From: Calcarisporiella thermophila CBS 279.70
Lineage: Eukaryota > Fungi > Calcarisporiellomycota
Assembly: GCF_041956535.1 (NCBI RefSeq)
Contig: NW_027192217.1
Span: forward strand, 302,196 to 366,195
Reading direction: 5' to 3'
DNA length: 64,000 nucleotides
The notes below the pieces were generated by a model. It searched no databases. It was given only the letters and a program-made list of their open reading frames with translations, and had not been told where the DNA came from. Of this stretch, positions 39,273-52,927 are shown one piece after another (positions within the stretch are counted from its first letter, which is position 1; each line of letters opens with the position of its first letter). A program made the translations under genes and the position numbers.

Positions 39273-42200
39273 CGAGTGGAATTATTGAAGTATTCTTGAA
39301 ATTTCTACTGGTAAATGCTTATTTTTTATAGCCTACAATATTGAGACAATGAGACGGGATGGTGAGCAAGAGTAATTTCAAAAGAAGTTTTTAATGGAAT
39401 TTTCAGAAAAGTGCTACCGAGGTCGAAGAGTGCAGCAGGAATAAAAGGTAGAATATTCTTTGAGAGCAACATAGAGCAAATTTCTTGTTCTAGAATTGGA
39501 TAAATGAAAAGAAATAAAGCTCGTTTCGAGTTTCGAAATTGGAGTTAATATCGGACCGTTGCCATCTGAAAAGTCCACACTCTAGTTCTAATGGGCAAGC
39601 TAGTGTGAAGCTTTCATGGCCACCTGAGCTAGTGATACCCCCACTCCCTCCAAGAATCTAGAAATTTCCGTCGAAATGAACAGGTAATATCATAGGATAT
39701 GAGAAAAAGTATAAAGTCGCCGTAAAACATGACTGGTTGAGATAATTTGGGGATCTTTTGGGAAGAATTATATTCTTGGCCGATACTCTGAATCAGCCCT
39801 GGCTTTTGAATGGTGGCTAATAATAGTCTATTTTAATTAAGATCAAGAATGAGCCAAAATTCATGAGTAGATTTTGAAGGTACGGTTTACTTGGCATCTC
39901 TTGCGACAGTAAAATGCAAGGAGCACCGCCATTTATTATTGCTATCTACTTCGTTATAAACTGGGCCCTTATGTACTTTTTCACTAGAGAATAATCACTA
40001 TATTAATTTTTATACGATTATTATTCAGATTAAAAATTTCGTAATATTATGAAAGGTAACATAGAAACGGATAAAATTTCCTGGCGATGAGGTAATACAA
40101 AGTGGCAAATTATGACAGTTTTGAATCCTTTTGTTTCTTCCATGTAGAGCCGCGTGCTTCTATAAGATCATGTCACATTCAAAGGCATCTCCACCCCAAC
40201 CTTCATCTCAAGATGTTATCTTTAACATTCGTGCTTTTTTAGCAGTCATTTTGATATACCTTCTTATATTATTTACTTCAAAGCGTCCTGCACCATCAAT
40301 ACATGGGCAATCTCCTCCAACGCGTAAACGTGAGAAATTGAAAGAAGAGCGATAAGTTAGACAATGAAAAAAGAAAAAACTATTCCCCCGCAATTGAGAT
40401 TTGAATATCTTGTATATATTATATGGTTATCTTATTTTTAATCCCAACTGGATCCCTAATTGCCTATATTCTTTGTATGCATTGCAACACTAATGATTTT
40501 ATTTGAATCAACATAATTCATTTATTTGGATCTGGATCCCTGGATTTCTATATCTATTCCACGTATAGCTTGGTCTTTTGATATGATGGCAAATCTTGTT
40601 ATACTATCGTGTTTTATTATATAATGGTATTTTGAGTGATTAAGATTAGGTTTACTTTAAATAAATGTAGAACACGCTATTCCTTTGCCACAATGGTCCT
40701 GCATCCAGCAACATTTGCTCAACATAATAACGTAAATGAGTGTAAAAAAAGAAAAATGTAGTTTTATTCGTAATACAAAACGATTAGCGGTACTATGAAT
40801 ATTTAAAAGCATATTAATCAATGAAGAAAGCTTCAATCAAAGAAATGCAAAAGTACCTTGTGGAAACCAATATCGTTTGCGTATTCCCTGAAGCATTGAC
40901 GGCAGAGCATCAAATTGTACTTGCGAATAAGACCAGCACGGTGAGAGCACACTCGGCTAAGAAATCATAGGATTAAGCGAGTTAGATATCAGGACAGAGT
41001 AATGTGATGCAGCATATTAGTCTCCCATCTACAACAGGGAATCCATTCATTTGTATATTTCAGAAAATAATTGCGAAAACTCTCTTCGCATTAAAAAGCT
41101 CTCACCCACACCCCACCAACCTCAAGCTTCTTTTACAAAATATATATTGACCAAATCTATAAATGAAATAACTTTACCATTCACGGGAACCTTTGCCGAA
41201 ACGACGAGGACGAGAGAACCAGACTTGATCGTGAGCCATTTTTCTTTTTTATATATATTTTCTTCGCACAATCAGACTGCGATGAAGACTCTAACGAGAA
41301 AAAGGGAGAAGGAATATCAAAACAAGGAGAGAAAAAATTTTCACAATGCAACTTGTGGCTTGGCTATAGCACTGGTAAACAAAATCCTCCTTACATCGAC
41401 TGCAGAGGTTAATTTACTTCTCCGCATTCTCAGCTTTTTAAGAGCTCGTGTTGCAAAGACTCAAGCCCTTCAGCGATCTTCACTAAGGGTGAGATATTAT
41501 CCAAGTTTTCAATGAGAAAATTGATGATATATCCAAAGAACTAGAGGCAAAGAAAATATTAATATTAGTGGTGGAGCTATCATTGTTCTTTTCTTTCATT
41601 TGGCAGAACCTCGTCTGCATTAAAACGTATTCAACGGAGGGAACATGTTTGAATTCATCTCTGAGCTCTTGATTCATTGAAGCTTCATGATCAACAAGAG
41701 ACTTAACTGCTAGAGTGACAAGATGATATTTAATGACTAGCGAAATTATCTTGGCTCACAATTTGTATCTGGCCAGAACTATTTTTTTTCGAACTCAATA
41801 TCTGAGAGAGTTCCTATCTGAGAGAGGCCGTATTGATGGCTATGCTACATGCTTTTATTGCTGTAATAATTCAAATAGAAAATATCAGAATGAGTGGTGA
41901 ATAATTATTTCTATACCAAATACATTGGTATAGAGTAAACTCAGTCGATGCCCAAGAAAGTTAAATGAAGGCGAAAATGAACGAGCAATTTGGACATAAG
42001 AGCAAAGGGTGAAATACTGTATATATATCTATATTATCAAACAGAGAATATAACACAAATGAAGAGATTATATGCAGCTAGATTACATGCTTTGGGCATC
42101 AATTAATTGTGCACGAAAAGTTACGCTCACGGATACGCTTTGCGATGCGCGATTTTGTCCGAGAAATAGATCTATTATGTGAGCCAAGAGAGTGGATAGA

Positions 42201-42374
42201 GAATATTAGCCTGCTTATTTCGTGTACTTTTTAAGAATGAAGGCAAAAAAAAAAAAATAGAAAGAAGAATCGTAACAGGGGAAACGCACCTCTTTTTACT
42301 TATGTTATCTCTTTTTGTGTATGTCTCCTCGGTGCACTCAATAGTGGCCAACGTGGCAGAGGATTCCTGGCTTC

Positions 42375-42917
42375 CTACTGAACGCGAGAGAATGTTGGAA
42401 AAAGAAAATTAATCCTATGCATCAAATTAAACGGCGTGGGCGCATTACACGTCAAACTAGATGCAACACTTCGACAATACTCGGTCGCCGAAAATGTAGC
42501 TACAAGATTTCCACGCACTACCTCGGTGTAATAAGCGGGATTCATTGCTTCGATACGGTCAAAATCAAGAGGTGTATCGGTGAATTCAAGTATGACAAAA
42601 GGCTCAAGGAGAATGCTATGCAGCACTGCGATATGGTCGGCAGATATAATCGCGTTAGTGGCGAGAAGAGGTAGAAGGGGAGTGCAGAAGCTTTATAACT
42701 CACTATTATGATCCTCGTTAGCGCTGAGCTCGGCAACTAGATTTTTGCCGACAATATTTAAATCATAGAACGGGTTCATCATCCTTGCCTCGGAGAGGGT
42801 CAGCGCACAGTCTGTGAAATCTGGGACGATAAAGGGAGGGAGAAGGAGCGAAGAGCAGGAGTGTAAGGGGCGGGGGAGTCGAGTGTTGGAGCGAGGGGTA
42901 TTATGAGGGAGAGACAT
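42375..42917 (-). CDS. Small 2-exon hypothetical protein built from two copies of a ~48-aa module
   Basis: The two ORFs join in frame through an intron (gtgagt...ctaac...cag, about 42703-42626); TATATAAA near 42970-42977. Confidence 0.65.
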
Positions 42918-43529
42918 GGGGGTTCTTTGGGAGCGAAGAAGTTTGCGAAAAACTTCGGCGGGGCCAAGCTTTATATAGGCGATATTGGTTCAATAGTTGG
43001 GAAGAAGAAAACAATCCACGAAGCTTACTCGTCTTCCTAGTTGAGGAATTTTCCTCTGACTCGGGTCAATCCAGAGGCGAAAGAATGGGCTCCCAGAATC
43101 TATGCATGCAAGAAAACGCAAACAGAGGCGAAGTGGAGGAGTGTGGAGGAGTTTAAGGTTGAAGGTTTAAAGTTGAAAGTTCACCACGCTTAAAAAGAAA
43201 AAGAAAGCTTATCTTCAAGAGACACGTTGGGCATCTTAGTGTTGCTCAGTAAGATTTGCCCAGAAATCGATCCTGGCTTGAGATGATATACTGTACATGG
43301 AATTTAAGAATCAAAATCATAATCGGCTGTAGATGCGAGGTGAATCCAAATCAATGGCTTTGAGAAAGCAGTAGAGATATGTGCTCTAGGAGAAAATTCC
43401 CTTAGTAATTTTCTCTGCCCTGACCGTCACACAGTACACGAGCATTTTCCAATAAGCCCGATGTCCTACTTCCAATCTAACCCCTCTGTCTCCTTTCCTC
43501 TCTTTAAAATAAAGTCTAGCTAGTGCAAA

Positions 43530-44811
43530 ATGCAGTGCTCCTGGCTGTTTACGGTGCTGGTCACCCTATCCCTTCTCCATCCTTCCCTCTCATCCACGCA
43601 GCCGTTCATCCCGTTGCAAACCCATTCCATCTATCCGCCCTATATTGGTCAGTAATCTACTTATGTTAATTTATATGCTCAATTGAACTCAAGATCATGT
43701 CGAATACAGACCAGGAGCTACAAAGTCGCTGGTGGGATTTCGGTGGCGATGCGATTGTGAATACTATGAAATACGTGCGTCTGACATCGGACCAGCCCTC
43801 GCAGAGCGGCTATCTGTGGAGTCGACTGGTATATTCTGACTGCTATTCCACTATGATCTCGAATACTTTTCTAATGAGAAAAAAAATTTTTTTCTTCTCT
43901 TCTCTCTCCCGCACCTTTAGCCACTTTCTGTTGAAAACTTCGAAATTGAATTCGAATTCCATGTGTCTTCCACTCGAGACGATCATCTCTATGGCGATGG
44001 ATTTGGTCTTTTCCTTACCACCCAACGAGCTGAAGTTGGCCCGGTGTTTGGTTTCCGAGATCGCTTCAATGGCCTAGGCATTTTCTTCGATAGCTATCAA
44101 AATTCTCGAAGAAGCGGACACTCATTCCCATATGTAATGGCAATGCTTGGAGATGGAGAGACATCCTATGACCATGATGAGGATGGGATGAAAAATGCTT
44201 TAGTTGGATGTGAATCAGATTTTAGAGACACAGAGAATCCAGCTAAGGGCCGTATCACATATTATCAGGGTGAATTCTTGGAGGTAATACGATCTCATAC
44301 TTGAGTCAAATTGGATGGTTTTTCGAACCCTCTTCTCTCCTATATACTAGCTACAACTTAACTACGGTGGCGATGAAGATTGGACACATTGCTTCACTAT
44401 CACAAATCTTACGCTTCCTGAGCATTCATATCTCGGGTTCTCCGCTCATACAGGTGATATAAGCGGTGGGGAATGAGCTCCTTTACTTCTTCGGATTGAA
44501 ATTTTTAAATTCTTACGCATATACCTTGCCTTAGACAATCACGATATTATTAGCGTTACAACCCACGCCCTTAGTTCCCAAGTAGCCCATGACACGGTTT
44601 GTACCCTAATTTAATTTTTTTCTCTATTTGCGCCAATTGATAATCTTTACTTTTAACCACGATTATGCAGCCTATGCATACACAGGTGTTGAAAAAATCC
44701 TACTTCTCCCTCTGGAGCTTCCTTAAGTTTGCTTCACTTGGCGCATTGGCAACTTTTGGAGGCGTTTACTGGTATAAGAGGCACAAAGAAAATAGCCTCA
44801 AGAGATTTTAA
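43530..44811 (+). CDS. L-type lectin ER-Golgi cargo receptor (VIP36/VIPL/Emp47-like), multi-exon
   Basis: Signal peptide; RWWDFGGDAIV, VRLTSD, LYGDGFGLFL, GPVFG, YLGFSAHTG, DNHDII; TM helix and cytosolic KRF tail. Confidence 0.92.
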
Positions 44812-45892
44812 GATGAGACTTTATGTGATATAGGAGATATTTATATATTTATTATTTATACTATTTTATTGGAATACATGGGATTCTTGGTTATTTTTCA
44901 CCCTAAACAGTACACTATTCCGTACCGATACCAAATGTGACTGTCAACAATATTTGTAAACAAAATTTCCTCTATTTAAACAAGCTGGTGTTTTTATTTT
45001 TTGCAATTACACTTTTTCTTTCCCTCTATCTCCTCTTTATTTCTCACACCATTCATTCATATCTCCCATAGTATACATAATTTATTGCAATTCATACTCA
45101 TGCAATAGTGAGGATGCTACTCTGCAATTTTCAATAGGTAAGGCCAAATTCCTTCATTTCTATGCTCTAGTATCATTACATGATGAATTTCATAATTGGT
45201 CCGTGTTTATGAGCGGCTTAAGACCCCGATCTATGAATATAAACGTGCCTTTACACAGCACATTTTTCTGATATATCTAGTTGAACATTTTCTTCGTTCA
45301 ATCAATTTTATTTAAAATCAACTAAGATCACTAATATGGCTCTTTTGCTATGCTTTTCTGTAGATTGCCCCTGAGATGATACCCCCGACTCTACGTGTTT
45401 TTGCATATTTAAATTAATAAAGATAAATATTTTATCATAATGGTCATTTCACTTAAGTTTGTTTTCGTCTTGTTGGCTTCGGAATCGGAATTCTTTTGGA
45501 TTGGAATTCTTGTTCGCAATTGCTGCGGCGAAGTGAGATTTCTTAGCCTTGAATTGGAACTCAGTGTGGATAAAGCAATTTTATCTCTAATATCATTTTT
45601 TCTCTTTAATTGCGGGGGAGGGCTTCGAATAACTGAGAACATAGTTAAATATATATATTTCAAAGCGAGCACTTTTTCGCTTAATTTGATTAATTCTTAA
45701 AATTTTTCTTTATTTCCATCGATTTCATTCACTCCTTGTTTTTTGCAATATATTGTGATCGCTTGATCACTCTGTTCGTATAGTGTTTTCAATCAATTCA
45801 TTTTGATTCGCTTTGTCCCACACATTACCCACAATTCCTTTCCCACAATTAACCTTCCCAATTACATCATTCTCATCACAGTGGAGTAAGCA

Positions 45893-47277
45893 ATGAAAAG
45901 CGGTCATGCTACAACCACAGCATCCGTCACCTCAGAATCCCCGCTAAAACTTTCTTCGCACTCTACCTCGCATCTTGTCCAAGAGGAGAGCGCACTTCCC
46001 TCTGTGCCCCCACGGCCTGCCTCTGCATTTGCCACGTTGCCACGAGCGCCTTCGCCTGTTTCGGATATGGTCAATGAATTTTCCAGACATGCTCATGTCA
46101 GTTCGGGAATTGGCAGATTTGGAATAGGATGCATAGAGGGAGAAGGAATGGAGCTGGATGGTAAGAGCATCGTCGCATCATCTATTGCCATTGAGACAAA
46201 CCTCGACAGGAATGCTCAAATGATGTCGAAATTGATCATTTTTCTCGTTCTTTAGACCGAAAGATTACAGGCATGGGTGACAATTATATGATTATTCCAC
46301 GATCCCCCTCTTTGGCACCGGATCCGCAGCACCCGAACAATGAACTTTTGAATGATACAGAGCAGCGCTGGTTTTCTGATTTCCTCAATCAGGTTGATGT
46401 AGATCAAGATTTTGTATTTGACTTTGCATTACCAGATCTGCCAATATTACCTTCAATGCTTCCTCCACCACCGCCCCCACCACCCTTTCCAGCAGGGGCG
46501 ACAGGGAGTGCAATAACTTCACAGAGTAGACAACACGACGTAACCACCCACGGGCTAGACGATGTATTATTTATTGAAGATTTTGGTGCCGTTGATAATT
46601 TCTTGAGTATTGGAATGGGTCTCGCAAACGGCGAGGAAGCGGTGGCAAGTGGAGCGAAACGGAAGGATGGAGAGGAGCATGTGCAGCGCAAGTCCCCGAA
46701 CGTTGTGTGGACAGAAGGGCTCAATGATGTAGCAGAAGGAGGGCAACCGACAGATAAAGGCGAAGACGTGACAAGTAGTTCCTCCCCAGCCTCTCTTATT
46801 TCTCCTGCTGCTGCACCGACAGAGACTCCGGCCCCCACATCCAATGCCAAAACAGGGCGTAAACCACATCGCGAGCTCCTCACCGAGGAGGAAAAGCGCG
46901 CAAATCACATTGCATCCGAACAAAAGCGTCGGAATCTTATTCGCTCAGGCTTCCGAGATCTCACGGAAATAGTTCCATCGCTGCGAAATGCAAATCACTC
47001 CAAAAGCACCGTACTTTTCCAGGCCATCGAGTATATTCAGCGGCTGGAACAGCAAACTCGAATATTGCGTGAAAGAGTAGCGGTGATGGAGGTGCGTGCA
47101 GAGAATAAATTCTATGGCCATATGCAAGGAGATATAAATGGGATAGGTGGGGTCAATCCTGATGGGAATTTGATGATCATGGATGAAGCAAGAAGATACT
47201 ATGTACAGCAGCAACCTTCTCAACCTCCTCCGCCAGTGTCACAACCTCACTCTCCCGGTCAAAAATATACTTCTTAG
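45893..47277 (+). CDS. bHLH transcription factor, Ino4/MLX-like, 2 exons
   Basis: ELLTEEEKRANHIASEQKRRNLIRSGFRDLTEIVP...SKSTVLFQAIEYI; intron 46161-46255 joins the two ORFs in frame. Confidence 0.88.
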
Positions 47278-48281
47278 CGCTAACTTCTTTCAGGGGCTTT
47301 CATTTAATTTCTCTCTTTTTTTTATTTTTTGGTTCTCAGCTATCTATATTTTTTATATATAATTTCTGTCAATTCGTTTTCTTTTTGAATGTCTCCTTAA
47401 CTATGAGATTCTTCTGTTCCTCCCTCTTCATTCTCTTCTTCTAAATGTGTGTTTTTTTCATTTTGTTATTTGCATACTCTAATTTTATTTCCGTTTATTT
47501 TTTTTTTCTCTGTAATTTTAAAAAGGAATATATCTCCTATTGGTGAAAATCATAATTGTTTTGACAAGAGATATCGAAAACAAAGTGTAATAGAAGTGGA
47601 GAATACTATCAATATGCGCTAGGGTCGTACTTATTTCTGTCCTGGGTACAATGCAAGAATTTTCATTTCTTCCATTACTCTGCTAAAGCATTGAGGTTCA
47701 CTTATAAAAAGTGCCCAAGATTCTCCAAAAGAATTCGTTGATTATCTAATTTAATCACATTTGTATATTTAGGTTATATTTTGACTACCTATATTTTAGT
47801 ACAAAATCGAGTCTTGAAAGGACCCAATTGACCCCTTCTTAAGGTAGTTTGTTAATATACAGCAAGTGGATGTAAATCTTTTATTTCAATAGTTAATTAG
47901 CTACGGCGGAATATTTTTCTCGTTAGCTCTCTCAATTCAGTTTTACGATAACTAGGATTCACACAAAGATATGGTTTATTTAAATGATGGCGATGATACT
48001 AGCACTTATTCAACTAGTGCTGTTATTACTTTCTGACAACGGTATCCACATAAATGATTATTAAAGAGTTTGTTGATTAAATAGGTGAGAATATCTATAC
48101 TCGACATCGATCATTGAAGTAGTACCCCGAGCAAAAATGAATACAATAATGAATTCATGTAAATTGGAATGATTCATATAATAATCAAGTTTTCATTATG
48201 AAAAGATACAAATAAAACCACCAGTATAGGAGCAGCTGGTTAGAATAGCTTTTCTTTTGTTTTCTCTGCGCGATTTTGATT

Positions 48282-51200
48282 TCACTGTACGGGGTGAGAT
48301 CCGTACTGATTGATGAATGTGATAATACCATCGAGAGTGCGTGGGCCTCGGTAGTCCAGCGGCTGTTTTCGCCCGTCGATAAACAAGCGGATGGTGGATT
48401 CCCATGTATATAATCCAGCGTCCCATGGAAGCTCATTTTTCTCGACATTGAATTTGGCTACACGCAAACCGCTGTTTGCGGGATTACTGCGTACACGCTT
48501 CGCCAATTCCTCCCATGTTTCTGCCAAAGAATCTGGTTTACAACCAGTGTCCTGATATAGCATTAAAAGAACATCTTTGCCAGGCTCTCGTACAAACTTA
48601 TCCCATTCATCCCGTACTATTACTGTAACTGGTGCATCATTGGTGGCGGGCACCGGTTGGGATTTAATGTAGGGCTTTAATTTTCCCTCCAAGTAAGAAG
48701 TGACAAAATCCCGAATATGCTCTGCGTTTAGATCTTTCTGATTCAGAAGATATTTGTATTTAGGTGTGCTATCGGTGCTCATCCTCGATGTAGAGTGTTT
48801 GTATTCGAATTCATGCTCCACAGTCTTAGCGGGTTGATATATTCCAAAAGCGGGTAACGTTTGCAATATCTCGGTCAAATCATCGAAATCTTCAGTATAC
48901 GCTCCCCTAGATTTTTTAGTCCATAGGAAATCCAGTTTACCGCGGAAGATGCGGGCAACATCGGCCGTAGCGTTACGCAACTGAGGGTCATCCTTTTCAA
49001 GGAATAGATATGCCTTGGGTAAATCTCGGTTGTAATAGTTGAACTCAAATGGCAAACCGTGATCATCTGCATTGCGAAGAAGGGGCACAGCATTATTCTT
49101 TACGAACTGTTTAACTCCATCTTCCGTGATATCCCCGTCATATATCACCCGTGGCTCATCGAATTTGCGGAACATCACCACCCCCGGTACCTGCACTCCA
49201 TACTTAGCCGCCGCCTCTGCATTTGTAGTGACTCCAAACACATAATTGAAGTTATATTCGGCAACTTGTTCCATTACTGCCAAATGCTCTTGGTCATTTT
49301 CGCCGAGGAATGCAATCACTACCACAATATACGAATCCTTGAAAGTATCGACGTCTTGTCCACTGAGAGCAGTCAATGGTTGTCTAAATGATTGAAAACA
49401 CATTCGTGAGACTAAGATTAAAGCTTTGTATGATATCAAAATTTGCAGTAAAACAGATTTTTTGGACTGGGAAAATGAAAAGAGGAAAAGCAATACGACA
49501 TAAAGATAGGATTGGATTCTTTCACTTACGAATAGTTGCGAGAGGGGCGTGGTGTATAATCCTCTTTTTCGACTGTGGGGACTCCAGTTAGATCGATTTC
49601 TACGGGATGCGAGGAGTTTGTCTTTAGGAATTCAACGATGTCGTGCAAGGAATATTTTCCTTTGTACGATATCGGCATGTTACTTCCTGGCTTGAAAAGC
49701 TTAATACCTTCAGCTGACCCTGCACTCTCTGGTATGCTGTTAGCATCGGCATCAATTTGAGCGATACGCAAATGAGCATTGACTGGATTGGCTCGCACCC
49801 GTTTACCCAGCTCTTCCCATACAGAGGGTGGTTCTTCCTCATTAAAACAGCACAAGTTTGAGTAGAATCGCAATAGTACGTCCTTGGTTGGGTCAATCAC
49901 TAGCTTGTTGAATTCAGCAGCCACTACTTCCACCACAGGACCATCGTTAGACACGGGGATGGGTGCTGATCTCATTGGTGGCTTGAGTTGGCCTGCTAAA
50001 TAAGCATCCAAGTGTTGCCGAATTCGTTGAATCGTCAATGGGGTGCTTTGGTCCAGTGGATATCTATCATGCAACAGAAGACATTTGATATTCAGAACAT
50101 TGGAAAGGGAGAAAATGACTGGAAAGTCACTATAATATTTTTAGTGCAAACTTTGATTACCCAACACCACTTCCACTAGTGGAATACACGACTCCTCCGC
50201 TTGGAAGGTGTTTCTCTTCAACTATTGGTTTGCCAATTGCAAATGCAGGCCATTGATCCTTGAGATTGAGTTGTTTTGCTTTACTATACAACGCGTCGCC
50301 CTTTTCTACACTATAGAAAAAAGCAAATTTGCCATCGTATTCTCTAGCCACATCCTCCATAGCTTGTCGCAACTCGACACTCTTATCATCATGAGTAATA
50401 AAGAGATATCCTATTGGTGTGGTTATATTTTTGCGTGTCCCACGGCCGCTTCGTATTGAATGTATTTCAGGCATCCATGGCTTTGACTCTAAGTCGAAGA
50501 ATTTAACCAGACTTGAGATGGTAAAGTCCCCACTATAGGTGGCGAATTTCTTGCGGAAATCGTTGAAGAGAAGTACACCAGGAAGTTTAATGTTATACTT
50601 CTCCAAAGCAGCCGGATCCGTTGTCACCCCTAGTACTGCTTCATACTTCAGCGACTCAGCAAGCTGATTAATGATAGTGGGTGTTGTCTGGTCACTCTGT
50701 TCTAAAAACGCAATGATCACATTTCTATAGTAGTTCTTGAAGATGTCCACTTCTGCAGCATTTAACTTCGACACAGGCGGGACAATTGCTCTAATGAGAT
50801 AAGGAGGCAAATGGATGAAGATGTGGTGAATAATCTATTGAATTTTGTCCATTAATCATCAAAAGTGTACTCTATTTCTATAGAGTGAGGAATATGGCCA
50901 GTATATAGCCAGCTCCTTTGAAGGAATATGAGAACCAACCTTTTGACATAATCAACCAATTTGTATTCAAAGTTGAATAGATCGGTGTATTCCCCATCCT
51001 TGCGGTAGAACCGCATAGTCGGGTAGCTCTCGATCGCTTGCTCCTTACATAGGTCAACCGAATCCATACAATCCACTTTGGCGAGCTTGACATTGAGAGG
51101 CTTGAGTTTTGTCGCTGCATTCTCATACGGCTCGACAAGAATACTGGATCCGCTACTCCAAGCCGTGTAAAATGTCACGACAATACTATCGGTATTGCAA

Positions 51201-51506
51201 AGCATAGAGTATGTGGATTAGATTAGTATCAGATAGAGATCAATCTTGTTAATATATGCACGTAATTTCAAAGAAAGTATACAGAGAATATCACAGACTA
51301 CTTGGCGCAATGGGAACGGCTGCAATAAGGAATACTTACAACTTCTCATTTGGTACCACGCTATGGAATGTATCTTTATCAAGAAGGAGAACATCGGAAG
51401 GAACAGCGGTGGTGTTGATGACTGATAGTCCCCGTTCAAATACTGATGCGTTGACGAAGGAGGCAGCAGCTAAAGCCAGCGAGCATAGATATTTCACTGG
51501 CTTCAT
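48282..51506 (-). CDS. PDI-like protein with seven thioredoxin folds (a-b-b'-a'-b-b'-a') and degenerate active sites, multi-exon
   Basis: Signal peptide MKPVKYLCSLALAAASFVNA; LAKVDC...YPT; FRKFDE; LKPYIKSQPVP..NDAPV and LKPPMRSAPIP..NDGPV linkers; active-site positions read WSSGS, LCCFN and GCKPD. Confidence 0.8.
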
Positions 51507-52417
51507 AACTTATTAGAAGGATAGCGTAAATTCGAGGAAGCTATTGTTCACGAATTCAGTAAGTTAGTTAAGAATGCAATGAGTGAAAGTTATAGTGGAA
51601 TATTACCTCGATGGACTGAACAAGAATTACTCTTCAGCTACTACGCAAAAATTGAAGGCACTACAATTTTTGAAATTCAGTGAGTGCTGTAGAGATAGGC
51701 GGGTATAAATACTTCAATAAACTCCTCAAAGAAACCCTAAAATACTGCCGTCCTGTCGCAATAATATTTAGGTTCCACAATGACAGATTGACTCTTAACC
51801 ACAAAGCTTAGAGTGCTATCTGGTGTGATGTCAAAATAATAACCATTGCTTCGGTAGAGGCTTAGAAGTGCACAAACTTTGAATGAAATGAAGTTAAACC
51901 TGAAAAACCGGATAAGGAGTAGCCACACCCTATAATATTAGCTAGGCAGCGTGGGAGCACGAAAATGTTAAACGTTACTATTAGTACTCTGAGCTCTCAA
52001 GACCGGCAGTGAAATTGTTTGAAATAGTTGCAATTTTTTTTCGTGTAGCTGCGCGTCTCATCAAATGCTTAGAAAGTCTCTATAGTTATTATATATACTG
52101 ATAAAATCAGCATTTTAGCCTCTCGATTAGAATATACACTCGCCAATTGTGAAATAGAAACTATTATATATGGGAAGAGAGAGTACTTTTTCAAAATTGA
52201 ATTTCGGGTGAGAGCATGTTTGATATACAGGTTCTTTTATGACCACAAAAGGTGTGGATCATAGTCCTCTATTTCACCCGATTTCCCATTGAGAACATTG
52301 TTAGAATGTAAGGCAATGTAATAGGCAGACGACTTGAGATAGCGCTCAGATAGTTAAGATAATCCACTCCTACCACACATCTCCTGTTTCCAACGTAACA
52401 CCATTTTTTGCATCTTG

Positions 52418-52927
52418 TTTTTTTTCTCTAAGGACGCGGGAACTTGCGTTCTGTGGTTTATTCGATATATATTACAAATGTGAGATATGCTTCCGAACAA
52501 GCTTATTAAGTACTACAAAAACATGGGATATAATTTAAAGAGATCTGTGCTTGGAAATGTCGGGTTAGGTGTTCTTTGCTTCCTCGAAATCGAGGGCTAC
52601 CTCTTGGCAGTCATCGATCTGGATTAGCGAGCTCTTTCCCCATTTTTGCTTGAACCCTTCTTCGTCTTTTTTCCTCTGTGCCTGTATCCATTGTCCTTTG
52701 ATTGCTATGAGAAGATCTGATAAAAAGATACACTTGAATGCGATGTCCTCGTGTTCTTAGTTGTCCATTACAATTGCAATCCTGGTCTTATGTATACTCC
52801 ACACCATGATGTCGTGTAACAACATGGAGACTTGTCGATCTTTGCCCTGTGTCTCCTCGTGGAATCCGAAGAGTTTCTCGTAATTTTGCATGTTTGTCCA
52901 GGGCTTATCGAGGATCTTTTGATGGAG
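52418..52927 (-). mobile_element. LINE family B (L1/Tx1-like), 5'-truncated 3' fragment
   Basis: Near-identical reverse complement of 59724-60238; carries a CAA>TAA stop; ends in an A-tract. Confidence 0.9.

Noticed and set aside
39700-42300. Short ORFs or a possible pseudogene in AT-rich DNA (e.g. 40131-40355, 41051-41515, 41483-41677)
   Set aside because: No recognisable motifs or consistent exon chain; may be decayed coding sequence but cannot be supported.
48282-48284. TGA as selenocysteine in the PDI-like gene
   Set aside because: It is not at an active-site position and no SECIS was recognised; a true stop or a 4-bp insertion explains it better.
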